A stretch of DNA of 62,940 nt, counting the filler, from Octopus bimaculoides (taxonomy: Eukaryota): the NCBI RefSeq assembly GCF_001194135.2. It is 4 parts of 4 records of this genome, joined end to end, with 100 filler letters (N's around TTAATTAATTAA, not from the genome) between each part and the next. Parts side by side here need not be neighbours in the genome. Positions count along the whole stretch, not along the records: positions 1 to 16,921 come from NC_068989.1; positions 17,022 to 47,234 come from NC_068988.1; 2 more parts are not named here. One strand, 5' to 3'. Below, one piece after another: positions 12,460 to 24,039 of the stretch. Position 1 is the first letter of the stretch, and each line of letters starts with the position of its first letter. The notes beneath the pieces were generated by a model. The model made no database searches, was not told the origin of the DNA, and saw only the letters and a program-made list of their open reading frames with translations. The position numbers and the translations under genes are program-made.

Positions 12460-12785
12460 AATATGATATATTAATATTTTACTGTTCAGTTTATACACCC
12501 CCAACCCACCGAACAGTTAGTGAATACAACACCACTTACGTTTTGAAAATAAGTTACCCAATCAAATTTAAATGCTTATTTGTCAAATTGGATTATATCA
12601 AATCATACATTACAACTTTATTCCAGTCTTGATCACAACTGTCTGACGAATGGAAATGTGAAAGTCTGAGTAACAGCTTTGTGATGTTTTTGCAGCTTTA
12701 ATAAAAAAGCATATGACTTATAAGCGCACATACACACTCACATACATATCAGGCATATGCTGTCAGTAATTACTTAGGGTAAGCA
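12460..12785 (+). repeat. ~325-bp repeat with a degenerate hammerhead (pLTR-like); copies at 14722-15041, 15684-15735 and inverted at ~10600-10740
   Basis: Near-identical direct copies by inspection; contains CTGACGA...GAAA...GTA and aataaa. Confidence 0.8.
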
Positions 12786-13535
12786 GTTGGTGACCTTTTT
12801 GTAGTAAAACTCACAATGAATAAGCAAAATACAGATGCGTAACTGAGTTGAAAGCAGATTTACTTCTGCTTTTATAGCACATGAAGAAACGGTGTTGTAG
12901 GAGTGTTATGCAACACTACAGCAGTACTATGCATAGCTTAAATACTGAGATTGAAAAGCATGGGCAAATTACGCCTACCTAACCTGCAAAAAAAAAGATA
13001 TTTTGTATTTTATGCATAGCTATCAGAGTAACCTTCATAATTTTATTGAATTAGGTGCATATTTTTCCATAAAAGGAAAATGTTGCTAACGATCTATTTT
13101 ATTCAAGGTAGGCACTGCCTACCTTGCCTAGTAGAGTCAACCAAAAGAAGCAGCAGGGTGGTGGGTACTGATCCCCTATTGCAGCTTGGATAAGTATTGT
13201 ACTTCTGGTTGTGTAAACATCTCTGATTCAGCATTCAGGCACATCCTGGGCATGGGATGGTTCTTAAGTACTCGTCACTATTTTGCTAAACAGAATTCAT
13301 ATCTTGTGTTGCTGTCAGGGTAAGGTTTGCATTTCTTTTCCATCTCTCTACACCGACACTTATAATTTCCTGTCCTTGTGCCCTTTCTGTTCCTTGAACT
13401 TGATTTCCAAACAGATTTTTCTCTCTGAAAAGGAAAATAACTCTTTGATCTTCAACCATGAGTGACTAAGTCTGTGTGTTTTACTCCTACTCTTAATAGT
13501 GGCTGTTTCTTTCTTTATAAAACATATTCTTTTAT

Positions 13536-13637
13536 ACATTATTTACAATTGACAGATATTTGTCCTCATCTTTGTTGTTAACACAATGTTTCCAGGCAGT
13601 GACATGAATAATAATAATAATGATAATGATAATAATA

Positions 13638-13713
<76 letters not shown>

Positions 13714-13898
13714 CAACAACAACGTCAAAAAATACCTTAGGAATGAGAACCCAGGTTCGAAATTTCCCCAAAACACCTGATGAAGGCTGGAGGGTATATA
13801 AGCCGAAATGTTGTGTTAACAACAAACAAGATGAGGACAAATATCCGTCAATTCTAAATAATGTAAATAATGTACATAATTCCTCATCTCTTAAATAT
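13536..13898 (+). mobile_element. Short hammerhead-bearing element, copy A (truncated tRNA-type head + (AAT)n + PLE-type HHR end, 5' inversion)
   Basis: 13536-13592 is the reverse complement of its own 3' end; HHR at 13772-13817 (AACAC-CTGATGA-A-GGCT...AGCC-GAAA-TGTT-GTGTT). Confidence 0.85.
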
Positions 13899-14279
13899 AA
13901 AACTGGAATATTCTTTTATTTCCTTTGTCGAAAGGTCTTGCATGCAGGACTACCACTGCAGCTAACTCTTGCTGTGCTAAACTAAAATCCATCCAATGAG
14001 TAGTGGGCATCAACCTTAAATGAAAATTGGAGTCATAAGCATCATTTCTAAGTACGATCCTCATTCAGCTATATTATATAATTTTAATTATTTTCTGTAG
14101 TTGAGTGCTGAACCATAACCAGTCATGTGTGAAAAAGGTAATACTGGAATATGGGTTGATTCTTCCTGGTGGCAACTGCTTTTAGTCTCATAACTGAAAC
14201 ACAAATTAAGGCTCTTTTAAAACAAAGTGATTAAAAATTATTGTTCAAAAACAAACAGAAACAAATAGAAAATAATTAC

Positions 14280-14423
14280 CATTGGAATGGACTTGATGTG
14301 TTTAACAATGATACTTGGATGTTTGTCAACAGACGCTTTGTTGTAAAGTTCATACAATGAACTAAACTGTCCATCATTCACCAAATTCAAAACAATGTCT
14401 GTTCCTTTGGCTCCTTTGAAATC
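14280..14423 (-). CDS. Exon of host gene, kinase N-lobe-like (first exon identified; true start not found)
   Basis: Acceptor ttttatgatttcag, donor GTAATT, 144 nt; DFKGAKGTDIVLNLVNDGQFSSLYELYNKASVDKHPSIIVKHIKSIPM; phase 0/0. Confidence 0.85.
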
Positions 14424-14721
14424 CTGAAATCATAAAAGTATTAAAACAGTGACTGTTTTTGAGCATATTTGTATGTGTGTGCATATGTTCCTTATGCATT
14501 CAAAAATTGAGTTGCTAGTTTTCATATATGAGGTATCAAAAAATTCAGTAATCTTTTGGCTACCAAATGAACTTTATTTTCTTTTACATATTTTCTATAT
14601 TATCTCAATAACAAGCCATAGTTATGTGAAAGACACTGCTCTACAATGACCAGGTCTCATTAGCAAATGAAAATAGTTTCACACTTTCAATTTGAACCAA
14701 AATTACAAAATTACAAACTAA

Positions 14722-15041
14722 TATGATGCATTAATATTTTACTGTTCAGTTTATACACCTCCAACCCACCCAACTGTTAGTGAATACAACACCACTTACG
14801 TTTTGAAAATAAGTTACCAAATCAAATTTAAATGCTTATTTGTCAAAATTGGATTATATAAAATCATACATCACAATTTCATTCCAGTCTTGATCACAAC
14901 TGTCTGACGAATGGAAATGTGAAAGTCTGAGTAACAGCTTTGTGATGTTTTTGCAGCTTTAATAAAAAAGCATATGATTTATAAGTACACACACACATAT
15001 ATATCAGGCACAAGCCGTCAGTAATCACTCAGGATAAGCAG
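14722..15041 (+). repeat. Second copy of the ~325-bp pLTR-like repeat
   Basis: Aligns to 12460-12785; cut by a gap; a third partial copy follows the gap at 15684-15735. Confidence 0.8.
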
Positions 15042-15915
15042 NNNNNNNNNNNNNNNNNNNNNNNNNNNNNNNNNNNNNNNNNNNNNNNNNNNNNNNNNNN
15101 NNNNNNNNNNNNNNNNNNNNNNNNNNNNNNNNNNNNNNNNNNNNNNNNNNNNNNNNNNNNNNNNNNNNNNNNNNNNNNNNNNNNNNNNNNNNNNNNNNNN
15201 NNNNNNNNNNNNNNNNNNNNNNNNNNNNNNNNNNNNNNNNNNNNNNNNNNNNNNNNNNNNNNNNNNNNNNNNNNNNNNNNNNNNNNNNNNNNNNNNNNNN
15301 NNNNNNNNNNNNNNNNNNNNNNNNNNNNNNNNNNNNNNNNNNNNNNNNNNNNNNNNNNNNNNNNNNNNNNNNNNNNNNNNNNNNNNNNNNNNNNNNNNNN
15401 NNNNNNNNNNNNNNNNNNNNNNNNNNNNNNNNNNNNNNNNNNNNNNNNNNNNNNNNNNNNNNNNNNNNNNNNNNNNNNNNNNNNNNNNNNNNNNNNNNNN
15501 NNNNNNNNNNNNNNNNNNNNNNNNNNNNNNNNNNNNNNNNNNNNNNNNNNNNNNNNNNNNNNNNNNNNNNNNNNNNNNNNNNNNNNNNNNNNNNNNNNNN
15601 NNNNNNNNNNNNNNNNNNNNNNNNNNNNNNNNNNNNNNNNNNNNNNNNNNNNNNNNNNNNNNNNNNNNNNNNNNNNNNNNNNNNGTGAATACAACACCAC
15701 TTACGTTTTGAAAATAAGTTACCAAATCAAATTTAATGAATAATAATTCTTCAGATAGAATAAATGGGTTAATAGAAACCAATGTAGCAAAGAACACAAA
15801 ATAACTTTGGTGTTGTTCCTGTTTTTAAGGCAGGAAGTCCTTGAAATTTTGGGTATTTGAGTATATTTAAAAATTTAAGGAATGGAGAAAACGCATGTTA
15901 TAATTGCATACTTTA

Positions 15916-15999
15916 TTCCTACATATGTTTCAAAGGATTACAACCTATGTGATCCATAGGGATCTGTGATATTAAAATTGTAACCTTCTCATCAGGGAA
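15916..15999 (-). ncRNA. Type-I hammerhead ribozyme with intact core and extended stem II
   Basis: TTCC-CTGATGA-GAAGG...CCTTT-GAAA-CATATG-TA-GGAA on the minus strand. Confidence 0.8.
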
Positions 16000-16220
16000 A
16001 GCATGGGAATCATCTTAAACGTAAGACATTATGACCGAGTATGAAAACAATAGATGGATAAGGTTATGACGTGATTCATTTGAAAAAAACCGTTAGAGAA
16101 TTGAACGCTGCCAGATAGTAGGTTGGACAACACATACATATAAATGTGAGAAAACATCCATGCATACATAAATACATATACACATACATACATATACACA
16201 CATATATACACATATGTATG

Positions 16221-16278
<58 letters not shown>

Positions 16279-16647
16279 CACACACATATACATACACACA
16301 CACACATATATATACACGCATACGTCCACATCTACATACATGCACATACGTACCCACATATATACAAATATACACAAATGTGTGCTTGTCCCCATACACA
16401 CGCATATACATATATGTACAAATAAAAATAGACACATACACATACACATACATATACATCTACGCCTATAATCAAATAAACAGATACGCATATACATATA
16501 CATACATGTATACAAACACATACGTAAACACATGCATGCACATACATACATACATACATACATACAAATAAATATATATAAAAGAAAAAGAATCCGAGTG
16601 TTCTCATATATACATACATACACATACATACATATATATACATATAT

Positions 16648-16680
<33 letters not shown>

Positions 16681-16965
16681 CATATACACATACACACATA
16701 CATATATATACACAAACACACATACACGCATACATACATATATACACACACATACATATAGATATATGTACATACATACAGAACCTAATAACGCATACAT
16801 ATGGATTTATACAAATACATACACAATTATATATACATACATATACATAGATATGTACACATATACACACATATATACCTACAAACATACGTACACACAC
16901 CCACACAAGTATACATATATANNNNNNNNNNNNNNNNNNNNNNNNNNNNNNNNNNNNNNNNNNNN

Positions 16966-16977
16966 TTAATTAATTAA
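16966..16977. other. Assembly linker TTAATTAATTAA inside N gaps (also 47279-47290 and 61774-61785)
   Basis: Identical 12-mer with stops in all six frames, embedded in N runs three times; artefact. Confidence 0.9.
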
Positions 16978-17399
16978 NNNNNNNNNNNNNNNNNNNNNNN
17001 NNNNNNNNNNNNNNNNNNNNNAGGAAATCGTCGGTTATTTCCATCCATGGAACTTTTTATGAAGTAGCTCATCCTCGGAACTTTCCAGGGAGTAATTCCT
17101 CCTCTTCCTCAGAACTTTCCAGGAAATAATTCCTCCCCTTCCTCGGAACTTTCTATAGCAGCCAAATCTCCCTCAAAACACCCTACTGTATTAATGCGAC
17201 AATTCTGCGTATTATGTAGCTTGAATTAAAAACTATAAGGTGTGTGAGTAACTGGTTTTGTTAATGGTAGAAGAAAGTGTGTGTGTGTATAGGTATAGAT
17301 ATATGTGTATATGTATGAGTATGCAGGCCTATATCCATGTGCATATATATTCTTATATATGCATGTATGTGCATATGTGTGTATATATATATACATATT

Positions 17400-18400
17400 T
17401 TTCTTTCTTTCACTGATTTATCAGTTCCCACTATAACTTTCCCCTTTCATTTTAATTAGTACACTCTCTGACTTCTTATAAATGCCTCTGTCTATTTTTA
17501 GAAACTTGACCATTATATCTCCACATGCACCCCTTAATTCCTAGCACATTATTTCATCCTCTTCCCTTCCTTCTGGAGGTTTACTACTCACATTTATTAC
17601 CCGCCTCTGCACCACATTCTCTATCCCTCTCTCCATCTTAATGCCTTTTCAAACTTATCTCCCCACTTCTCACATATACTCCTTCTCACACATACTCCTT
17701 TCTTACCTTCTTTTCTTTCTATCCCTCCCCTATTCCTTTTATCTATTGATAGCTCTCCTCTCCCCACCCCTTATTATATCTTGACCAGCATCTAGCACTC
17801 CTTTTTCCTGTTTCTTTTTCCTTCCCTATCTCTACTCTAGCTGTTAAGAATACCACTCCCCTAATTCCTTTGACCTATACCACTCTCTCCCATACATACT
17901 TTTTTCTTCCTTCTAATATTCTTATCTATTCATTTCTCTCTTTATCTACTCCCCCTTAAAAGTATAATTCTCAAAATTCATTTATACCAGGAGATCCTTT
18001 TGACTGAACAACACATAGAATTAATATCTGCACACTATCCATTTGAAATGACAACATATGAATTCTTATCAGACTTTACACATCATGGACAGGAAATCTT
18101 TTTACCCATTCTATACAACACATTTCTTGGATAAAGGAACAGCAACTTTAACATGTATTTTTATTTTCATATTTTCCTTTTATACTTTCTGCATTATATC
18201 TAATTTCTTGAATATCTCTTCCTCTCCAGAATAACTTCTATAAAAATGAACTCTATTAATTCCTTCTATTGAAGGTCTTTTAAATCGTCTCTGACGATGG
18301 GACATCACTTATTTTCCTGAAACAGCTGTAAGACCACCTTTCTATTTATAAATGTCCTAGGAATATCAAATTGCATTGGCCTTGTTATCTTATTTTATTT
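17400..18400 (+). mobile_element. Probable PLE-derived 3'/pLTR remnant (pyrimidine-rich) ending in an HHR
   Basis: CT-rich non-coding tract followed by the HHR at 18287-18334; no ORF recognisable; boundaries approximate. Confidence 0.45.
18287..18334 (+). ncRNA. Minimal type-I hammerhead ribozyme
   Basis: GTCT-CTGACGA-T-GGGA...TTCCT-GAAA-CAGCTG-TA-AGAC; stem III palindrome ACAGCTGT. Confidence 0.72.
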
Positions 18401-18403
18401 AAC

Positions 18404-18447
<44 letters not shown>

Positions 18448-19894
18448 TTTATCTTTTTTTATCTTCTATGGGTTTCAGTCAGTGACTGAAACCATGCTAG
18501 TTCACTGCCTTTACTACATCCAGGGATTTTTCCAGTATTGCTTCAGGTGGAGTAGCAAGTTGGATGTTGCTGCTCTTCTTTGTGCCTCCTGCCACGATGT
18601 GCGTTCATCCAGTATCTATACTATAAAAGGCAGATTTTCTCTGTGTGTGTGTGTATGTGTATGTTTAAAATTCAGTGATTTTTGGTGAAGTGCAAATATA
18701 AATATGCATGCACACACACACACACGTCATGTACACACACACATATATATGTATCTACATACATCTCATATTAGTTTCAGATTTTGGCACAACGCTAGCA
18801 ATTTCAGAGGATACAGTAAGTTGATCAAATTGACCCCAGTACTCAGCTGGTACTCATTTTGTCAACCCAAAAGGATGAAAAGCAAAGTCAATCTTGGTGG
18901 AATTTGAACTCAGAATGTAAAGACATGAAATACCAATAAGCATTTTTGCCTTGCATGTTAACAATTCTGCCAATTCGATGCCTTCACATACACATCATAT
19001 CAACCTACATACAGACTCACACATAAAGAGAGAGTTATACCTAGCAATAAGCATCCACATAGTTGCTTGGCTTGCTAGAAATAGCACCCAAACTACCCTC
19101 AGATCACATCACACAGTCTTAAGAATGGAACACATGGGCCAATAAAGTACTATATATACAATAAGACTGCATGGTCATAACTGGAACATTTTTAATCATG
19201 GGTTTACATCATCAGGCTCGACTAAAAAAAACCCCAACTGGAATGGTCAAGGATGGAAAATCTTTGATCATAAGCCTGCTTAACCAGGGATGACCTGGGT
19301 TTAAATGACAACATAAAAGCAGTTACTCAAATAACTTCATCCTTGGTAACCAAACAATAAATAAATATTAATCCTTCTGCTTTCAATTATCTTTATCTCT
19401 TTAATCCACGTTTAAAATATTAGAATGTAAATAATGATTATCTGTAATGCAAACAAAGGAATTATTAACAAGTGTTTATTTATCAGGGAAGATAGCCATG
19501 TCAGCAGTACACCTACACATCTGTGTACGAGCCAACAGAGGAGCTCTTTTATAGTCGTGTGATATGCTAGAAATAGCAGCAAAATTTCCCTCCTGTCTTA
19601 AAAAATGGTGGATTGAATAATGTAGTCTTGGGTACCATATTTGTAAAACAAAGAAACAACAAAAACAAACAGGATGGTCATGGCCAGAATGCTTTTGATC
19701 ATAAATTTACTTGATCAGGACTGATTTGGTGCTAAACAACCACTGTAACGACTTGGGTGTGTGGTAGACTTAATATGTCTTCAGGTTTAACATTTTCACT
19801 TGACCTCTGGGTGCTTTTGATGAAGTACAAATGTTACCATTTTGATATCAGCATGTCTGCAACCAGTTCTGGTCCTATGCTACAAACTTGTTGG

Positions 19895-20240
19895 CATTCA
19901 GATTATTCTGCCAAATGTAATGCTTATTTATTCACATTCATCATCATCATTGTTTAATGTCCGCTTTCCATGCTAGCATGGGTTGGACGATTTGACTGAG
20001 GACTAGCAAGCCAGAAGGCTGCACCAGGCTCCAATCTGATCTGGCAGAGTTTCTACAGCTGGATGCCCTTCCTAACGCCTAATCATGAATTATCTTATAG
20101 CTTTGAAATTTTAATGATGTGATTGCATATTTTTAGTATGACATTGTAGAGTAGATGTGGGAGGCCAAATCTGGCCAGTTTCAGCATAAAACAGGTAGAA
20201 TATTTGGGTTTGATATGGTGGTTTAAACACTAAAGGGTTA
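19895..20240. mobile_element. piggyBac-like MITE, copy 1 (interrupted by a family D fragment)
   Basis: Ends ctaaagggTTAA; homologous to 20512-20737. Confidence 0.55.
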
Positions 20241-20511
20241 AAGTGATCTAAATTAAAATTCCATCAAAATGTCATATTAATTAATGTTCTAAGCACCTCT
20301 ACTTAAAAGTACAAGGCCTGAGATTTTGAGGTAGTAGGGTCTAATTGATTACATCAACTCCAATGCTCAACTAGTACTGATTCTGTTGCCCCTTGAAAGA
20401 ATAAAAGGCAGAGCAGACTTCAACAGAATTTGAACTCAGAACAAAAAGTGCCGGAAGAAATGCTGCTAAGCATTTTGTCTACTACCAACTCTTGTATTTT
20501 GCTACCAGCTC

Positions 20512-20737
20512 AACTCTTTAGCATTCAGATTATTCTGTTAATTATAATGTTTATTTACTCACATCGTTTTGAATTAATCATGCTTTATCTCATAGCTTTG
20601 AGATTTTTATAATGTGACTGTTTACTTTTAGAATGACATTGTAGAGTAGGTGTGAAAGGCTGGATGTGGTCAGTTTCAGTATAAAACAGGTAGAAAATTT
20701 TGGTCGGATATGGCTGTTTTAAAAACTAAAGGATTAA
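20512..20737. mobile_element. piggyBac-like MITE, copy 2
   Basis: aactctttagcattcag ... aaaactaaaggaTTAA; degenerate TIRs with a TTAA end. Confidence 0.55.
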
Positions 20738-21030
20738 TAATGACAAAGGTCATGTGATCATGTGACCAACCAGGCCGTGAAATGTTACACGTTGTTGGTC
20801 ACAATGTGCTTTTTGCATTGTTTTAGCCTTCAAATGACACCACTCTATTGGCTAGGTGAGCAGGCCAACATTTCCCTCTAATCGAAAAGGGGACTGGAGC
20901 AATGTGAAATGAGGTGTTTTGCTCAAGAAGACAACACATCTCCAAGTCAGGGAACTGAACCCACAATTTAGCAATTGCGAGTGCAACAGCCTAACCACTA
21001 GGTCACACACCTTCACATATGGCAAAAGTA

Positions 21031-21113
21031 TTTTACTTAATTCTTTATTATTTTCTTAATTTTACTTAATTCTTTATTATTTTCTTAATTTTACTTAATT
21101 CTTTATTATTTTC
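21031..21113. repeat. 29-bp tandem repeat, ~3 copies
   Basis: tttacttaattctttattattttcttaat repeated. Confidence 0.85.
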
Positions 21114-21336
21114 AAAATTAACTGCTGCAAAAGCAGCATATTTCAACAGAAATATGGTAACAAGAGGATTAAACCAGGTCTCTGGTCTGAGTATAACCCA
21201 CTCCCTGTTTTTCTCACCAGTCTCAGAGGCCCTGAAGAAGATTTTATACTCCTCCACTCTGAATTCAAACACAACAGGAATTCAGTTTTTGACAGACATC
21301 TTTCTTTTGTTTAATCTTTAAAACTGAACACACCAT

Positions 21337-22540
21337 AGGCACAAGTGTGGCTGTGTGGTAAGAAGCTTGCTTCCCAACCACATGGTTTCAGGTTCAGTCC
21401 TACTGTGTGGCACTTTGAGCAAGTGTCTTTTACTATAGCCTTGGGCAAACCAAAGCCTTGTGAGTGGACTTGGTAGACAGAAACTGAAAGAAGCCTTCAT
21501 CATTATCATCATCATTTAACGTCTGCTTTCCATGCTGGTATGGGTTGGATGGTTAGACTGAAAACTAGTAAGCTGGAGTGGGGGTGGGGATGGGGGCTGC
21601 ACCAAATTCCAATCTCATTTAGCAAGGTTTCTATGGTTGGATGACCTTCCTAATGCCAACCACTCCAAGAGAGTATTGGGTGCTTTTTACAAGCCACTGG
21701 CATGGGTGCCATTGACCTGACACTGGCACCAGTCATGACTACGGTCTCACTTGGCTTGACAGGTCTACACAAGCATGGTATATCGCCAAGGGTCTTAGTC
21801 ACCTGTCACTGCCTCCATGAGGCCCAACACTTGAATAGGGCTTTTTTATGTGCTATCAGCAAGTAAGCCAGTCAGATGGCTCTGGCATCAGCCATGACTG
21901 TGATTTCACTCAGTTCAACAGGTCTTCACAAGCACAGGATAATGTCCAATGACTGAAGGGTGCTTTTAATAGGCCAGTTATGTGACACTGGCATCAGCCA
22001 CGACTGCGATCTCACTTGGTGTGACATCACTGCCTTCATGAGGTCCTAGATATGAATGGTGCATTTTACATGCCACTGGCACAGGTGCCGGTCAGACAGT
22101 ACTGGCATCGGCCATGACTATAATTTCACTCTGTTTGACAGATCTTCACAAGCACATCATATTGCCCAACGATTGAAGGGTTCTTTTAACAATTGAAGGA
22201 GTCAGTTACGCGACACTGGCAACGGCCACAACTACGATTTCACTTGGCTTGGTTGGTCTTCTCAAGCATGTCATATCTCCAAAGGCCTCGGTTACGTGTC
22301 ATCGTCTCTATGAGGTCCAACATTCAAGGATCATGCTTCACCACCTCATCCCATGTCTTCCTGAGTCTATATGTATGTGTGTGTTTATGTCCCTATAACT
22401 TAGCAGCTTGGCAAAAGCGACCAATAGAATAAGTACTAAGCTTAAAAAAATAAATCTTGGGGTCGATTTGTTCTACTAAAATCCTTCAAGGCAGTGCTCC
22501 AGCATGGCTGCAGTCAAATGACTGAAACAAATGAAAGAAA
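21337..22540 (+). mobile_element. tRNA-derived SINE family A split by an RTE 3' insertion
   Basis: Head 21337-21497 and tail 22365-22540 flank the insert. Confidence 0.7.
21500..22355 (-). mobile_element. RTE-clade LINE 3' end with about five tandem terminal modules
   Basis: Minus strand RKTWDEVVKHDP*MLDL at ~22355-22300, then repeated ...cttggcttgacaggtctt... modules and a (GAT)n tail. Confidence 0.7.
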
Positions 22541-24039
22541 GATTCTCCTTGGAAAGTTGTCTTTAACTGTCTATTTGAAAGAAATATAAATATTTCATTC
22601 ATAGGCACAAGGCCAGGAATTTGGGAGGCGAAAACAACAGATTTTATAGACTCCAGGCAAATGACTCATTACATTATAAACAATACTGTACTGTACATAT
22701 ACATAGGAGGACTTTGTATATTTAAGAGAACAAAGTCTTTTTCTGTTTTTGCAAGTTCAGTGTAAACTCTGCCCCTACAGTTTTGTAATTTATCTGTGTA
22801 ACGTTTTCCTGCTGCATTTTTTTGTTTTTTTGAATTGAAAGAAATTATTATTTCTATTTCCTTTTTGTATTAATTTTCTGTGAAGTTCTTACTTAATGTG
22901 ATATCATTTATTTAAACAAATGTTGTGGTTTGGGAGGATCAGTATACCAATAAAAATGCACATTGGTTATGATTCACTTCTTTATTATTTTCTTTTATTC
23001 TTTTACTTGCTTCAATCATCAGACTGTGGCCATGCTGGGGCATTGGCATGGAGAATTTTAGTCAAACAAATTGACCTCAGTACTTATTTTTGTTTGAAGC
23101 CTGGTACTCACTTTTGCTGAACCACTAAGTTATGGAGACACACACNNNNNNNNNNNNNNNNNNNNNNNNNNNNNNNNNNNNNNNNNNNNNNNNNNNNNNN
23201 NNNNNNNNNNNNNNNNNNNNNNNNNNNNNNNNNNNNNNNNNNNNNNNNNNNNNNNNNNNNNNNNNNNNNNNNNNNNNNNNNNNNNNNNNNNNNNNNNNNN
23301 NNNNNNNNNNNNNNNNNNNNNNNNNNNNNNNNNNNNNNNNNNNNNNNNNNNNNNNNNNATATATATATATATATATAGTGTACTGTATTGTGAGGGTAAG
23401 ATCAACAAAAACAAAAATATATTAATTGAAAGAAAATGATGTGGAAAGGGTCCTTGCCCTTGTATTCAGTGTCTCCCCCTTCTGGTGAATTACTCCATTG
23501 TTTTTCTACTTTTTATATACCTCTTTATGTAACCCACATTGTACTGTTCAGTACTGTCCCTGACGTTTTTTTTTTTTGTAAATCCTTATTGGTGAAGAAA
23601 GAAAACATCATCTTCATTATCATTATTATTATTTGTAGTAGTAGTAGTAGTGTTCCACTAAGGTTGACTTTGTCTTTCAGCCTTTCAGGGTCGTTAAACA
23701 AGTACCAGTTGATCACCAGGGGTTGATGTGATTTACCCTGCCTCCGAAATTGCTGGCTTTTGTGCCAAAATTTGAAACCGTTATTCATCATCATCATCAT
23801 CATCATTGACTTATTTTCCCCTGATTCATTATTGATTTATAATTAATTATGGATAGATGTTGTCACACTCCAAGATCAATCAGCAATTGACAAATGCCAT
23901 ATTTCAGTTAGTCTTGGGATTGGTTACATCAATACTCTATATATTGTAGTGTGTGTGTGTGTTCTAGTTTCCATCTACCAAATCTACTCACAAGGCTTTT
24001 GTTGGCCCAGGGCTGCAATACTCTGTATATCAATACTCT

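Noticed and set aside
16966-16977. TTAATTAATTAA as a biological motif or piggyBac site
   Set aside because: Occurs only inside N runs, three times; scaffolding linker.
17070-17152. 34-bp repeat x2.5, and other short tandem units, as a CRISPR-like array
   Set aside because: Contiguous tandem repeat without unique spacers, in a eukaryotic context with no cas genes.
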